Below, piece after piece: positions 44,170 through 53,030 of a stretch of DNA of 64,000 nt. The translations under genes and the position numbers were made by a program. How positions within the stretch are numbered: the stretch's first letter is position 1; the number at the start of each line of letters is the position of its first letter. Origin of the DNA: Alphaproteobacteria bacterium (GTDB lineage Bacteria; Pseudomonadota; Alphaproteobacteria; RF32; CAG-239); contig JAZUMA010000030.1 of assembly GCA_045603405.1 (NCBI GenBank), forward strand, positions 3,744 through 67,743, in the 5' to 3' direction. Below the pieces are notes generated by a model. It had not been told where the DNA came from. It saw nothing but the letters and a program-made list of their open reading frames with translations, and searched no databases.

Positions 44170-45670
44170 AAAGTTTATCGTATCTGTTAGAGAACCTTTT
44201 TTTAAGTATGTACCATCTTGTTTGGCTTTTGCATATTTGATAATTATTGCGGTTTTTTATGCGTTGTTGACGGCATATTTTCCGACGCAAAACGGGGATA
44301 ATATTGAACATATTCATTCCAGTTTTTTGGTTGCTTCCGGACAAGTGCCGTATCGAGATTTTTTTCAGCACCATAATCCTTTATTGTGGTATTTGTTTGC
44401 ACCATTTACAAGATTATTTGCGTATAATTCTACGATTTCTGAAGTTGCTTGTTTGATATCGTTGTTGTTTTTTTTAAAATCTTTGGTCTATGTTTATCGA
44501 ATAATTAGTGAATTTTTAGCAGATAAATTGTGGGGAATACTTGGGGCTGTTATGATTGCAACACCAGGCAGTAAAATTAATGCGATTGATCTCAGACCTG
44601 ATAACTATATGATTTTTTGTTTGATGGGGGGAATCTACTATTATTTCAGTTATTTGAAAAAACAAAAAAGGGGGCATCTGATTATAGCTTTTGCTTTCTT
44701 TTTTCTTAGTTTTTTATTTGCTCAAAAAGCTTTATTTGCACTGTTTGTTTTAGGTTTGAGCGGGTTATATTTTTGGTTTAAGCATGAAATTAAAACAACA
44801 GATATGCTTTATGCTCTTATTTTTCCACTTGTCGGTAGCGGAGCTTTTTTGTGTTATCTGTATCATTATGATATGGTTTCTCTTTATTTTTTATGCAATT
44901 ATACGTTCAATTTAAATTTGGTAGAAGGGTTTGAGCTTTTTAGAATTGTACCGATGACGACAAATATTTTGGTTGTGAGTATTATTGGGTGGTTGGGGTG
45001 CGTGTATTTTTGCTGGCGTCCGAATCGCTATTATGCCGTATTGGTTTTGTTGTTTGTTTGTGAATTTTTGCAACGTAGGTTTTATTTTTCACCTTATTCA
45101 TATTATTATTGGTTGCAATTATATTTGGCAGCACTATGTGGTGTATCTTTTTGTTATGCTCTTAACAATAAAAACAGATTAGTAAGTTTGTGTTTTTTAG
45201 CTGGATTTGTGTATGGAGGGGTGCAGATTGGGTATACATGCTATGAAACAATTAGAGAAAAGCAGAATAATCCTTATTTACCGGATTATGTAACAAGGCA
45301 TATTTCACCATGTGATTATGTTTTTAACGGTGATGGAATGATGTTTAATATTTTCGGAAAAGATCCGGCATATTATTGGCAGCTTATCGGACAGTTAGAT
45401 GTTATCGGGGAGAAAACCGGCATACGCCCTCGTCCGGATATTAATGATTTGATTGTTAAATTGAGACCTAAATTTGTTTTTGGTTCGAACTATTTTAATA
45501 AATTTGCAAACGAAAGCGGGCGCAAGGAAATTGTGCATTATATAGATAAAATGATTATTGATAAGTATTATGAACCGACATATTTCTTTCCTATTTATCA
45601 GCTCAAAAATGAATTTGAACGGGAGCGTCGGTGTGTTAAATCTGCTGATGGAACTTGGAATTTTGAGTAA
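44156..45670 (+). CDS. Polytopic membrane protein, GT-C-fold glycosyltransferase-like (ArnT/PMT_2-like)
   Basis: The first-loop motif SGQVPYRDFFQHHNPLLWYLF resembles the G..PY.D...hkPPl motif of GT39/83-type enzymes. It overlaps the malQ 3' end. Confidence 0.4.
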   Translation: MGRIRKFIVSVREPFFKYVPSCLAFAYLIIIAVFYALLTAYFPTQNGDNIEHIHSSFLVASGQVPYRDFFQHHNPLLWYLFAPFTRLFAYNSTISEVACLISLLFFLKSLVYVYRIISEFLADKLWGILGAVMIATPGSKINAIDLRPDNYMIFCLMGGIYYYFSYLKKQKRGHLIIAFAFFFLSFLFAQKALFALFVLGLSGLYFWFKHEIKTTDMLYALIFPLVGSGAFLCYLYHYDMVSLYFLCNYTFNLNLVEGFELFRIVPMTTNILVVSIIGWLGCVYFCWRPNRYYAVLVLLFVCEFLQRRFYFSPYSYYYWLQLYLAALCGVSFCYALNNKNRLVSLCFLAGFVYGGVQIGYTCYETIREKQNNPYLPDYVTRHISPCDYVFNGDGMMFNIFGKDPAYYWQLIGQLDVIGEKTGIRPRPDINDLIVKLRPKFVFGSNYFNKFANESGRKEIVHYIDKMIIDKYYEPTYFFPIYQLKNEFERERRCVKSADGTWNFE

Positions 45671-45740
45671 TAATGATGGTGTTAAATAAGTTTTAATGAA
45701 GATGAAATAAAATATTCTTTGTTGTTGAAAGGAGTATCCC

Positions 45741-46415
45741 ATGGCAGAGTTTAAGGACAGAAGTTTTATTTTTAAGGTTTTGTATATTCTTTTGAGTATT
45801 ATAACGTTTCCAATATTTTTGATTTTGTTTATATTGCGCCATCCTTTGTGGATTTTGATGGTGTTATTGATATTAGGCGGTATAGCGACCTATTATCCTT
45901 TGAGTGAAGGTGTTAAGTTTGATGATATTCCAAGCTGGTATCAGAAAAAATATACGGAGCTGAAACATGAAACTGTTCTTAAAGCGCGTGAGAAAGGAAT
46001 TACGGAACTTGTGCCGGAAGCGGTGCTGAATGAAGTAAAACAAATGGAAGAAGAAGCTGAAGAGGCAAAATTGCCAAAAGGTGAAAATTATAATAGTAAA
46101 GTTATTCGCAGTGCAGAATCGGAAGAAACTAAAAATGAACTGAAAAAACGCAGTGGATTTAAGAAACGTGCAGTGATTCATGAAGAAAATGCACAAGAAA
46201 AATCGGATGAAAATTTAACAAAAGAAGGTGATGGCACTTTTAAGGATAAAGCTGATGAAAATTTAGCAAAAGAAAATGCAGATGTTGTTGTTGAAAGTGA
46301 GAGCGAGCGAGAAAACGTTGATGAAGTGAAATCGATAGAAAATGAAATGAAAGAAATTAAAGAGGATATTACAACTGATAAAACAGGTGAAGCAGAGCTG
46401 GAACTTAATTTTTAA
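45741..46415 (+). CDS. Membrane-anchored protein with an acidic low-complexity tail
   Basis: Two N-terminal TM segments followed by an E/D/K-rich region with DENL(T/A)KE repeats. Confidence 0.45.
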   Translation: MAEFKDRSFIFKVLYILLSIITFPIFLILFILRHPLWILMVLLILGGIATYYPLSEGVKFDDIPSWYQKKYTELKHETVLKAREKGITELVPEAVLNEVKQMEEEAEEAKLPKGENYNSKVIRSAESEETKNELKKRSGFKKRAVIHEENAQEKSDENLTKEGDGTFKDKADENLAKENADVVVESESERENVDEVKSIENEMKEIKEDITTDKTGEAELELNF

Positions 46416-46623
46416 TTATTTTTTGTTGTAGATATCTCAAAATATAAAGGCGAATGGATGATGATAAATTTGCTGTTGTTCGATCTTTATCAATTTGTGT
46501 AATCAAAGCATTTACAGGTATGTTTCTCTCTTTTGCAATATCCAGTAATAATTGGTAAAACTCTTCTTCAAGCGAAATGCTGGTAGCGTGTCGGCCGGCT
46601 ATGCGTACGGAAAATTTTTTCAT
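46405..46623 (-). CDS. Ribbon-helix-helix (RHH_4-like) domain protein
   Basis: RSVRIAGRHATSISLEEEFY ... NLSSSIRLYIL pattern. 4-nt overlap with sspB. Confidence 0.6.
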   Translation of the reverse strand: MKKFSVRIAGRHATSISLEEEFYQLLLDIAKERNIPVNALITQIDKDRTTANLSSSIRLYILRYLQQKIIKN

Positions 46624-47087
46624 TTGTTTTTCTTGCGGAAACTATCAAAAGAAATAATTTGTGCTGTTTCACCGGATACCTTCTTCTCAGGTTGTATATC
46701 TTCCAAGGCATGAACATCACCATTCTCATAAAATGAAAAACTTAGTCCGAACTTGGCATACGGGTCAGCAAAATAAGTAATGGAATCAAACGGAATAAGT
46801 AGAGTTTGCATGCGCCCGCCGAAACTCAAATCTACAGAAAAAGCATCTTTATTGACAGTAAGATTTTCATATTGGTGTTGCAAAACAATGGTCATACTTT
46901 CCGGATACTGAATTTTCAGGTTATGAGGAATAGATGTGCCAGGGTAATCGGTTTTGAAAGTGATGTAAAAATGGTTTTCTCCAGGTAGCCCTTGAAGTTC
47001 AGCAATTTTTAAGGCTTCAATAACAACTCCTTTTAGTGATTTTTCAATTAATTTATCATAATTAATTTCGCTTACAAATTCTGTCAT
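46620..47087 (-). CDS. sspB: ClpXP adaptor SspB (alpha-proteobacterial type)
   Basis: LPGENHFYITF and MTIVLQHQYENLTV motifs, plus a C-terminal ClpX-binding-like IISFDSFRKK. The ATG at 47087 is the likely start, because the ORF-track start at 47150 runs into the tmRNA gene. Confidence 0.75.
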   Translation of the reverse strand: MTEFVSEINYDKLIEKSLKGVVIEALKIAELQGLPGENHFYITFKTDYPGTSIPHNLKIQYPESMTIVLQHQYENLTVNKDAFSVDLSFGGRMQTLLIPFDSITYFADPYAKFGLSFSFYENGDVHALEDIQPEKKVSGETAQIISFDSFRKKNK

Positions 47088-47159
47088 AATATCTATTCTT
47101 TCCTGTTTGTTTTTAAGAGCCGTTCTGTTGCTGGGTGGCTCAAACCCCACTTTAAGCTA

Positions 47160-47392
47160 ACCAAAGCCTAAAGAATTTAGTTTGTTGCTTTGCTACTAAG
47201 CAGCTACGGCAACTGGTGCAAAATTATCATTTGCGTTTATTTGATTTGAACCGATAACGGTGGTATCTCACCGAATACAGCACAGATATCTTTACTATAC
47301 ACTGTCAAACCTATCTCGCCCCCCTATATTATATTTTGGTGGAGGCGCCGGGTACTGCCCCCGGGTCCAATATATCTATTTCATACGGCTTT
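47160..47392 (-). ncRNA. ssrA: Two-piece (circularly permuted) tmRNA: acceptor piece ~47392-47337, coding piece ~47323-47160
   Basis: The acceptor piece has a 3' end GGCGCCTCCACCA. The coding piece begins GGGGGCGAGAUAGGUUUGACA and pairs with CGCCUCC, giving a G3-U70 pair. The tag ORF GCA AAT GAT AAT TTT GCA CCA GTT GCC GTA GCT GCT TAG TAG encodes ANDNFAPVAVAA (47199-47234). The ends are approximate. Confidence 0.8.
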
Positions 47393-47396
47393 TCGT

Positions 47397-47426
47397 ATTA
47401 TAGTTTTGCGAACAAAACTCTTTCAA
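47397..47426 (-). promoter_or_regulatory. Sigma-70-type promoter of ssrA
   Basis: TTGAAA-18 nt-TATAAT on the minus strand. Confidence 0.55.
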
Positions 47427-47559
47427 GTATAGCGATAGATTTTAAAATTTCAAGAGTAAAGATAATGCTTTTTTTTATTAATATTTTGATTTTTTAAACG
47501 TTTCTTTAGTAAAAAAAAGCTATAGTAACGGCAGAATTATTTTTTATTTGAGGGAAAAA

Positions 47560-49908
47560 ATGGGAGAATCTATAAAAAAACCGGTCTTGAATAAACAAAG
47601 TCACTCCAGTTATTTTTTTAATTGGGGTGGAAAGGGAAATTCATTTTTAGATAAGATGTTACGCTGCCTTTACATCTTTTTGTTGTTTGCAATTAATTTT
47701 GTGATGTTTGTTTATTCCATAAACAGCAAGTTGATGGAAAATAACGGCTTAAATCCGGCGATAGTGATTATTTTAGGCGGAATTTTGTTTATTTCTTTTG
47801 TTTTAATTTTGTTGCTAGCGTTTGCTAAAGATTTACAAAATGGCTTATGTGCTATATGTACTATGCTTATCACTTGTGCCTTTTTTTATCAATTCGGGCA
47901 GGGAGATGTTGATAATTTTATAGAGAATTGGTGCAATGAGCATGCTTCATGGTTGTCATATTTTTGCTTTATTCCTTCGCCATGGATGGTTGGATTATTT
48001 TTAGGGATTATTGTTTTTTTCCTATTCAGAAATTCGTTAGCACTTTTGTTTGTTACAATGGTTATTTTGTTTTCAGGTGTTATAGGAATACAGCACAATG
48101 AATTTTTAAAACAACCGGATAATGAATATCAGGAAGTTAAAAGTTTTACTACTTTATCTGATCAAGATGGGCGAGATAATCTGATTTACTTTTTTATTCC
48201 TAAATTACCTTCATATCAACTTTTCGCAGGACTTAAGGATAAGAATTTACATGAATTGGGTGATATGATAGTTGGTTTCTTTGCGGATAATGATTTTGAG
48301 GTTTATCCGAATGCTTTTGTGCAGAAAAATGATACGATGAGTAATATTATTGATATATTGAACCAAGTTGATTATACAAGTCAAAGCAGTAGGAATCGCG
48401 GAATCGCAGAATTTATTAATAATTGGAACTTTGTACATGGCAGTTTAGATGTATTTAGTTTGGAGAGAAATGAATTAAATACTCGCTTGAAAGAGAATGG
48501 CTATAAAGTCAGCATGTATGCTATGCCCGGATTTAATTTTTGTATGCGTGGCGATGACTTTTATGCTGATCGCTGTGTTGTTAAAGCAGATAAGAGAGTT
48601 TCTTTGTATGATACGCAGGTTTCTACTGAGAAAAACGTATATGCTTTGTTGGGTGAATGGATTATGAGTTTGAAAAGCCGCAATTTTAATTCATTTGCAA
48701 AAATGTTTATTAATATGTCATCACTTAAGAATTATAAGGTTTTAGCAGAAAACAGACGTGTTTCTGAAGAAGGAAGTCCGGCTGTGTTTGATGTGCTGTT
48801 AAATGATTTCAGGAGAGATCCGGATGGACATAGTTATATAGTTTATATTGATTTACCTTCTGATATGTACATTTATGATGAATATTGTAATCTTAAACCG
48901 CGTAAAGATTGGATTGCTTTAAAAGATAATTCTATTTATCCCGGGGGAATTGATGCAAAACGTAAAGCTTATGCAGAACAGACGAAATGTGTAATCGGAA
49001 AAATGCAGGAATTTATGGAAGCATTGCACAATAATCCCAAATTGAAGAGAACAAATATTATTGTGCAGGGTGTCAGCACAATTCAAGAATTGGCAGAAGT
49101 ATCAGGTGATATATACAGTAATTTTGTTGCCGGAGGGTTGGTTACACTTGGTCTCCGTCGAGCACAAGCTTCAAAATTTTTAATTAATGCTAATATTTGT
49201 TTGGCAAGTGATTTTACAAAGACATTTATTAATTTTCAGGACTATTGTTATTCTTTGGATAGTATGCCTAAATATAAATCAGAAGACAAATATATATTGA
49301 AAAAAAATCTAATAAATAATTCTATTATTCGTAATGGAGTGTTGCGTAACTCTGTCGGTAAATTTAAGGATTGGTATAAATTATATAGGGCAAACAGCGT
49401 TTCTTTTAATCAAAAGATGCGGCGAATTGAAGTGGAAAATCAGCGTCAAAAAAATATTGGAGTGACAGAAAGTAGTGATCGTGATTTAAAAACCGGCGGA
49501 GCACAAAATAATGAGAATATCTTTTTTCCGACTGATGAGCCGATAATAGAAAGTGTTAAAGACGAAGCATTAGTGATGCCGAATGTTAAAAAAGAAGATG
49601 ATGCAAAGAATAAAACCGAAGAAGAATCCGATATATCTGTAAAAGAAAACACAGAAGTAAATGCTAAAGAAAATGTGAAAGAGGAAGAAAAAACAATTGA
49701 TAAAATTGCAGAGATAAATGACAAAACAGAAAAAGTCGATACAGCACCGGAAGTTAATGCTTCTGCGATTGAAGAAAATGCAGAAAATTTATCGGAAGTA
49801 TTTTCAGAAGCTGTCGCTGATATAGAAAAAGGTGATAAAGAAGAAGCGCCTGAACAAACAAAAGAAGATACGAAATCTGATGATGCGGATTTAGATTTAT
49901 TTAAATAA
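47560..49908 (+). CDS. Large membrane protein (N-terminal polytopic region, central globular domain, acidic C-terminal tail)
   Basis: 782-aa ORF with an RBS before the ATG at 47560. No catalytic motif recognised. Confidence 0.5.
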   Translation: MGESIKKPVLNKQSHSSYFFNWGGKGNSFLDKMLRCLYIFLLFAINFVMFVYSINSKLMENNGLNPAIVIILGGILFISFVLILLLAFAKDLQNGLCAICTMLITCAFFYQFGQGDVDNFIENWCNEHASWLSYFCFIPSPWMVGLFLGIIVFFLFRNSLALLFVTMVILFSGVIGIQHNEFLKQPDNEYQEVKSFTTLSDQDGRDNLIYFFIPKLPSYQLFAGLKDKNLHELGDMIVGFFADNDFEVYPNAFVQKNDTMSNIIDILNQVDYTSQSSRNRGIAEFINNWNFVHGSLDVFSLERNELNTRLKENGYKVSMYAMPGFNFCMRGDDFYADRCVVKADKRVSLYDTQVSTEKNVYALLGEWIMSLKSRNFNSFAKMFINMSSLKNYKVLAENRRVSEEGSPAVFDVLLNDFRRDPDGHSYIVYIDLPSDMYIYDEYCNLKPRKDWIALKDNSIYPGGIDAKRKAYAEQTKCVIGKMQEFMEALHNNPKLKRTNIIVQGVSTIQELAEVSGDIYSNFVAGGLVTLGLRRAQASKFLINANICLASDFTKTFINFQDYCYSLDSMPKYKSEDKYILKKNLINNSIIRNGVLRNSVGKFKDWYKLYRANSVSFNQKMRRIEVENQRQKNIGVTESSDRDLKTGGAQNNENIFFPTDEPIIESVKDEALVMPNVKKEDDAKNKTEEESDISVKENTEVNAKENVKEEEKTIDKIAEINDKTEKVDTAPEVNASAIEENAENLSEVFSEAVADIEKGDKEEAPEQTKEDTKSDDADLDLFK

Positions 49909-49995
49909 AGCGGTTAATTATCGATTAAGGCTTGTCAGTATATAAAATAGGTGTTAATAAAATAAGTGTTGGTTATTAACAAATAAAAAGAAGCA

Positions 49996-50991
49996 ATGAA
50001 ATTCGATAAATACCTTAGAAATAAACGAGCAAAAGCGGCACTTTGGGTACTTGCGGGGTTATTGGTACTTTCATTTTTTGCGGAAATAATTGCAAACGAT
50101 AAGCCGATTGTTTTGAAATATCAAGGGGAATATTTTTTTCCTATTGTGCATGCTTATACTGATGCGCGGTTTGGTGGTGATTTTCCGACAGAGGCCAATT
50201 ATAAGGATTCTTTCATCAGACAAAATGTGGATGAAGATGGTTATATGATTATGCCATTTATTGAGTTTTCTTATAATACGGTTGATTATGAGTTAAATGA
50301 GCCTTTTCCTGCTCCTCCGTCATGGCGACATCCTTTGGGAACAGATGAGGAAGGACGTGATATTGTTGCACGACTCCTTTATGGTATAAGGCTGTCCTTT
50401 TTGTTTACGTTTTTGTTAACGGTTATATCTTCTGTGTTGGGGGTTTTTATCGGTGCTGTGCAAGGGTATTTTGGTGGAAAAGTTGATTTGATTTTGCAGC
50501 GTATAATTGAAATTTGGGATTCTATGCCGCAAATGTTTGTTCTGATTATTGTTGCCAGTGTGTTTGTACCTACTTTTTGGACTTTGTTGATTATTTTGTT
50601 GCTCTTTTCATGGACAGAATTGACAGGGTTAGTTAGAGCTGAGTTTTTGCGAGCAAGGAATTTTGAGTATGTAAAAGCAGCACGCGCTATTGGTGTTGGA
50701 AGTTTTAGAATTATGTGGAGGCATATTTTGCCTAACGCCTTAGTTACAACAGTAACTTTTGTACCTTTTATTTTGGCAGGGGGAATTGTGGCTTTGACTG
50801 CGTTGGACTTTTTGGGGCTAGGTTTGGGGCATGAATATCCTTCTTTAGGAGATCTTGTGCGGCAAGGAAAGGATAATCTGCAAGCACCATGGATCGGGAT
50901 CAGTATATTTTTTGTGCTTTCGGTTTTGCTGACAGCGTTGATTTTTATCGGTGAAGGTGTGCGCGATGCTATGGATAAGAGGAAAAGATGA
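49996..50991 (+). CDS. yejE: ABC transporter permease, YejE/OppC-like
   Basis: The N-terminus (IANDKPIVLKYQGEYFFP) and the permease EAA-loop region resemble YejE. Confidence 0.75.
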   Translation: MKFDKYLRNKRAKAALWVLAGLLVLSFFAEIIANDKPIVLKYQGEYFFPIVHAYTDARFGGDFPTEANYKDSFIRQNVDEDGYMIMPFIEFSYNTVDYELNEPFPAPPSWRHPLGTDEEGRDIVARLLYGIRLSFLFTFLLTVISSVLGVFIGAVQGYFGGKVDLILQRIIEIWDSMPQMFVLIIVASVFVPTFWTLLIILLLFSWTELTGLVRAEFLRARNFEYVKAARAIGVGSFRIMWRHILPNALVTTVTFVPFILAGGIVALTALDFLGLGLGHEYPSLGDLVRQGKDNLQAPWIGISIFFVLSVLLTALIFIGEGVRDAMDKRKR

Positions 50992-52577
50992 CAGAACCGG
51001 TGTTGGATGTTAAAAGTTTAAATGTACGTTTTATTCGTGAGGATGGGGGATTATTTTCTGCCGTTTATAACAGTAGTTTTGAACTTCATGCCGGTGAGGT
51101 ATTAGCGATTGTCGGTGAGTCCGGTTCAGGTAAATCTGTGACAGCTTTATCTTTGATGAGTTTGATTGATGCAAGAAAGATATTATTTAAGAGTACGAAC
51201 TCTATTTTGTTTGAAGGTCGTGAGCTTACAGCATTAGAAGAAGAAGATTGGCAACGTATTCGCGGAAATGAAATAAGTATGATTTTTCAGGAGCCGATGA
51301 GTTCGCTTAATCCGCTTATTAAAGTAGGAGAGCAAATTGCAGAAGTTATTCGTGTGCATAAAAAAGTTTCCGCAAAACGTGCAACGGCACGAGCCAGATA
51401 TTTATTACGTTTGGTTGGAATTGATAACGCAAATGAGCGGATGAATGCATATCCTTTTGAACTTTCCGGTGGGCAAAGACAGCGTGTGATGATTGCAATG
51501 GCTGTAGCTAATAATCCGAAAATTTTAATTGCCGATGAACCGACTACTGCGCTTGATGTTACAGTGCAGAAACAGATTTTGGATTTGATTGTTAAGCTCA
51601 AAAATAAATTGGGTATGGCGATTATTTTTATTTCGCATGATTTGAATGTCGTTAGAAAAATTGCGGACAGAGTGCTTGTCATGAGACAAGGAGTGATAGT
51701 GGAAGAAGGAAGTGTCGGGAATATTTTTCATGCACCGGTGCATCCTTATACAAAAGAGTTGTTGGCTGCTTTTCGTGATATTCAGGTGCAAACGGATTTT
51801 TCTTCACATCGTGTTATGGAGGTACGCAATGTTTCCGTTGCGTTTCCGCTAAAGAAAAATTTTTTTGGGAAAGTGGTTAAAAAGATTCAGGCCGTTGATG
51901 ATGTATCTTTGACACTTTCTGCCGGTAAAACTTTAGGCGTTGTTGGAGAATCAGGGTCAGGCAAAACAACATTAGGGATGTGTTTGGCTGATTTGATAAC
52001 TTATGAGGGGGATATATTTTTGGCAAAATCAGCCCATGTGCAAAATGAACGTGATTTTAGAAAAAATATACAAGTTGTTTTTCAGGATCCGTATAATTCT
52101 TTAAATCCGAGATTAACAATTCGTGATATTGTCGGTGAAGGAATTAAAGTTCATTTTCCGCAACTTTCTAAGACTGAGATTACAGAGCAGGTAAAAAAAT
52201 TTTTGAAGGCGGTCGGATTGCCGGATGATGATGTTTTAAATTTGTATCCACATGAGTTTTCCGGTGGACAACGCCAGAGGATTGCTATTGCCAGAGCTTT
52301 AGCAGTTGAACCGAAAATAATGATTTTAGATGAGCCGACATCTGCTCTGGATGTGACGGTACAGGCGGAAATTATAAAGTTGTTGAAAAAAATTCAAAAA
52401 GAAACAGCGATTGCTTACTTGTTTATTTCACATGATATGCGTGCAGTGCGCACTATTTCGCATGAGGTGGCAGTGATGCGACAGGGAAAAATAGTTGAAT
52501 TTGGTAGCGCCGAGCAGATTTTTGAAAATCCTCAGGAAGAATATACAAAAGAGTTGATAAGTGCTTCATTAGCGTGA
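50988..52577 (+). CDS. yejF: ABC transporter ATP-binding protein with duplicated ATPase domains, YejF-like
   Basis: Two Walker A motifs (GESGSGKS/T) and two LSGGQRQR signatures. Confidence 0.85.
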   Translation: MTEPVLDVKSLNVRFIREDGGLFSAVYNSSFELHAGEVLAIVGESGSGKSVTALSLMSLIDARKILFKSTNSILFEGRELTALEEEDWQRIRGNEISMIFQEPMSSLNPLIKVGEQIAEVIRVHKKVSAKRATARARYLLRLVGIDNANERMNAYPFELSGGQRQRVMIAMAVANNPKILIADEPTTALDVTVQKQILDLIVKLKNKLGMAIIFISHDLNVVRKIADRVLVMRQGVIVEEGSVGNIFHAPVHPYTKELLAAFRDIQVQTDFSSHRVMEVRNVSVAFPLKKNFFGKVVKKIQAVDDVSLTLSAGKTLGVVGESGSGKTTLGMCLADLITYEGDIFLAKSAHVQNERDFRKNIQVVFQDPYNSLNPRLTIRDIVGEGIKVHFPQLSKTEITEQVKKFLKAVGLPDDDVLNLYPHEFSGGQRQRIAIARALAVEPKIMILDEPTSALDVTVQAEIIKLLKKIQKETAIAYLFISHDMRAVRTISHEVAVMRQGKIVEFGSAEQIFENPQEEYTKELISASLA

Positions 52578-52586
52578 AAAACTGAA

Positions 52587-52611
52587 GGGAACTTTTTTAT
52601 GGTGGCAGCGG
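52587..52611. repeat. 25-nt direct copy of the tRNA-Arg 3' end plus its downstream flank
   Basis: GGGAACTTTTTTATGGTGGCAGCGG is identical to 52783-52807. Confidence 0.65.
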
Positions 52612-52795
52612 GCAGGGGCGTCCCTGCACCCATTATTCTGTTCTTCGCTTTTGGGGTACTATGTACGCATTAATAAAGCCGACCTGCGTTCTTCCGCCCG
52701 CCTTGCGCTGGTAGTCAAACCCACTTCTGTGGGTTCGTGTCCCCTGTCTTTTCTTTCTACCATAAAAAAATCCCCCTGTAAGGGGAACTTTTTTA

Positions 52796-52872
<77 letters not shown>

Positions 52873-52885
52873 ACACATCAAGGTA

Positions 52886-52914
52886 TTTATATGTAAGCTC
52901 CTTTAATTATGCAA
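52886..52914 (-). promoter_or_regulatory. Sigma-70-type promoter of tRNA-Arg
   Basis: TTGCAT-17 nt-TATAAA, 13 nt upstream of the tRNA 5' end. Confidence 0.55.
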
Positions 52915-53030
52915 GAAAAATTTTATTCTGATTTGTATATTCTATTTAATATTCTGAATGACAGTTAAAACTATCAGTTAATTGAAATCGGTTTGGTTTT
53001 GCATACTATTGATAAATGGAGGAGAAAATT

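Noticed and set aside
52690-52730. The minus-strand segment ACCAGCGCAAGGCGGGCGGAAGAACGCAGG superficially resembles the SRP (4.5S) RNA helix-8 region with a GGAA tetraloop
   Set aside because: The residues flanking GGAA do not form the conserved closing pairs or the symmetric loop. The conserved AGCAGCC side is absent, and no long helix can be drawn.
52672-52762. Possible + strand tRNA pseudogene suggested by GGGTTCGTGTCCCC (T-arm-like)
   Set aside because: I could not build an acceptor stem, a D-arm or an anticodon arm around it. It is noted only as part of the att-like scar finding.
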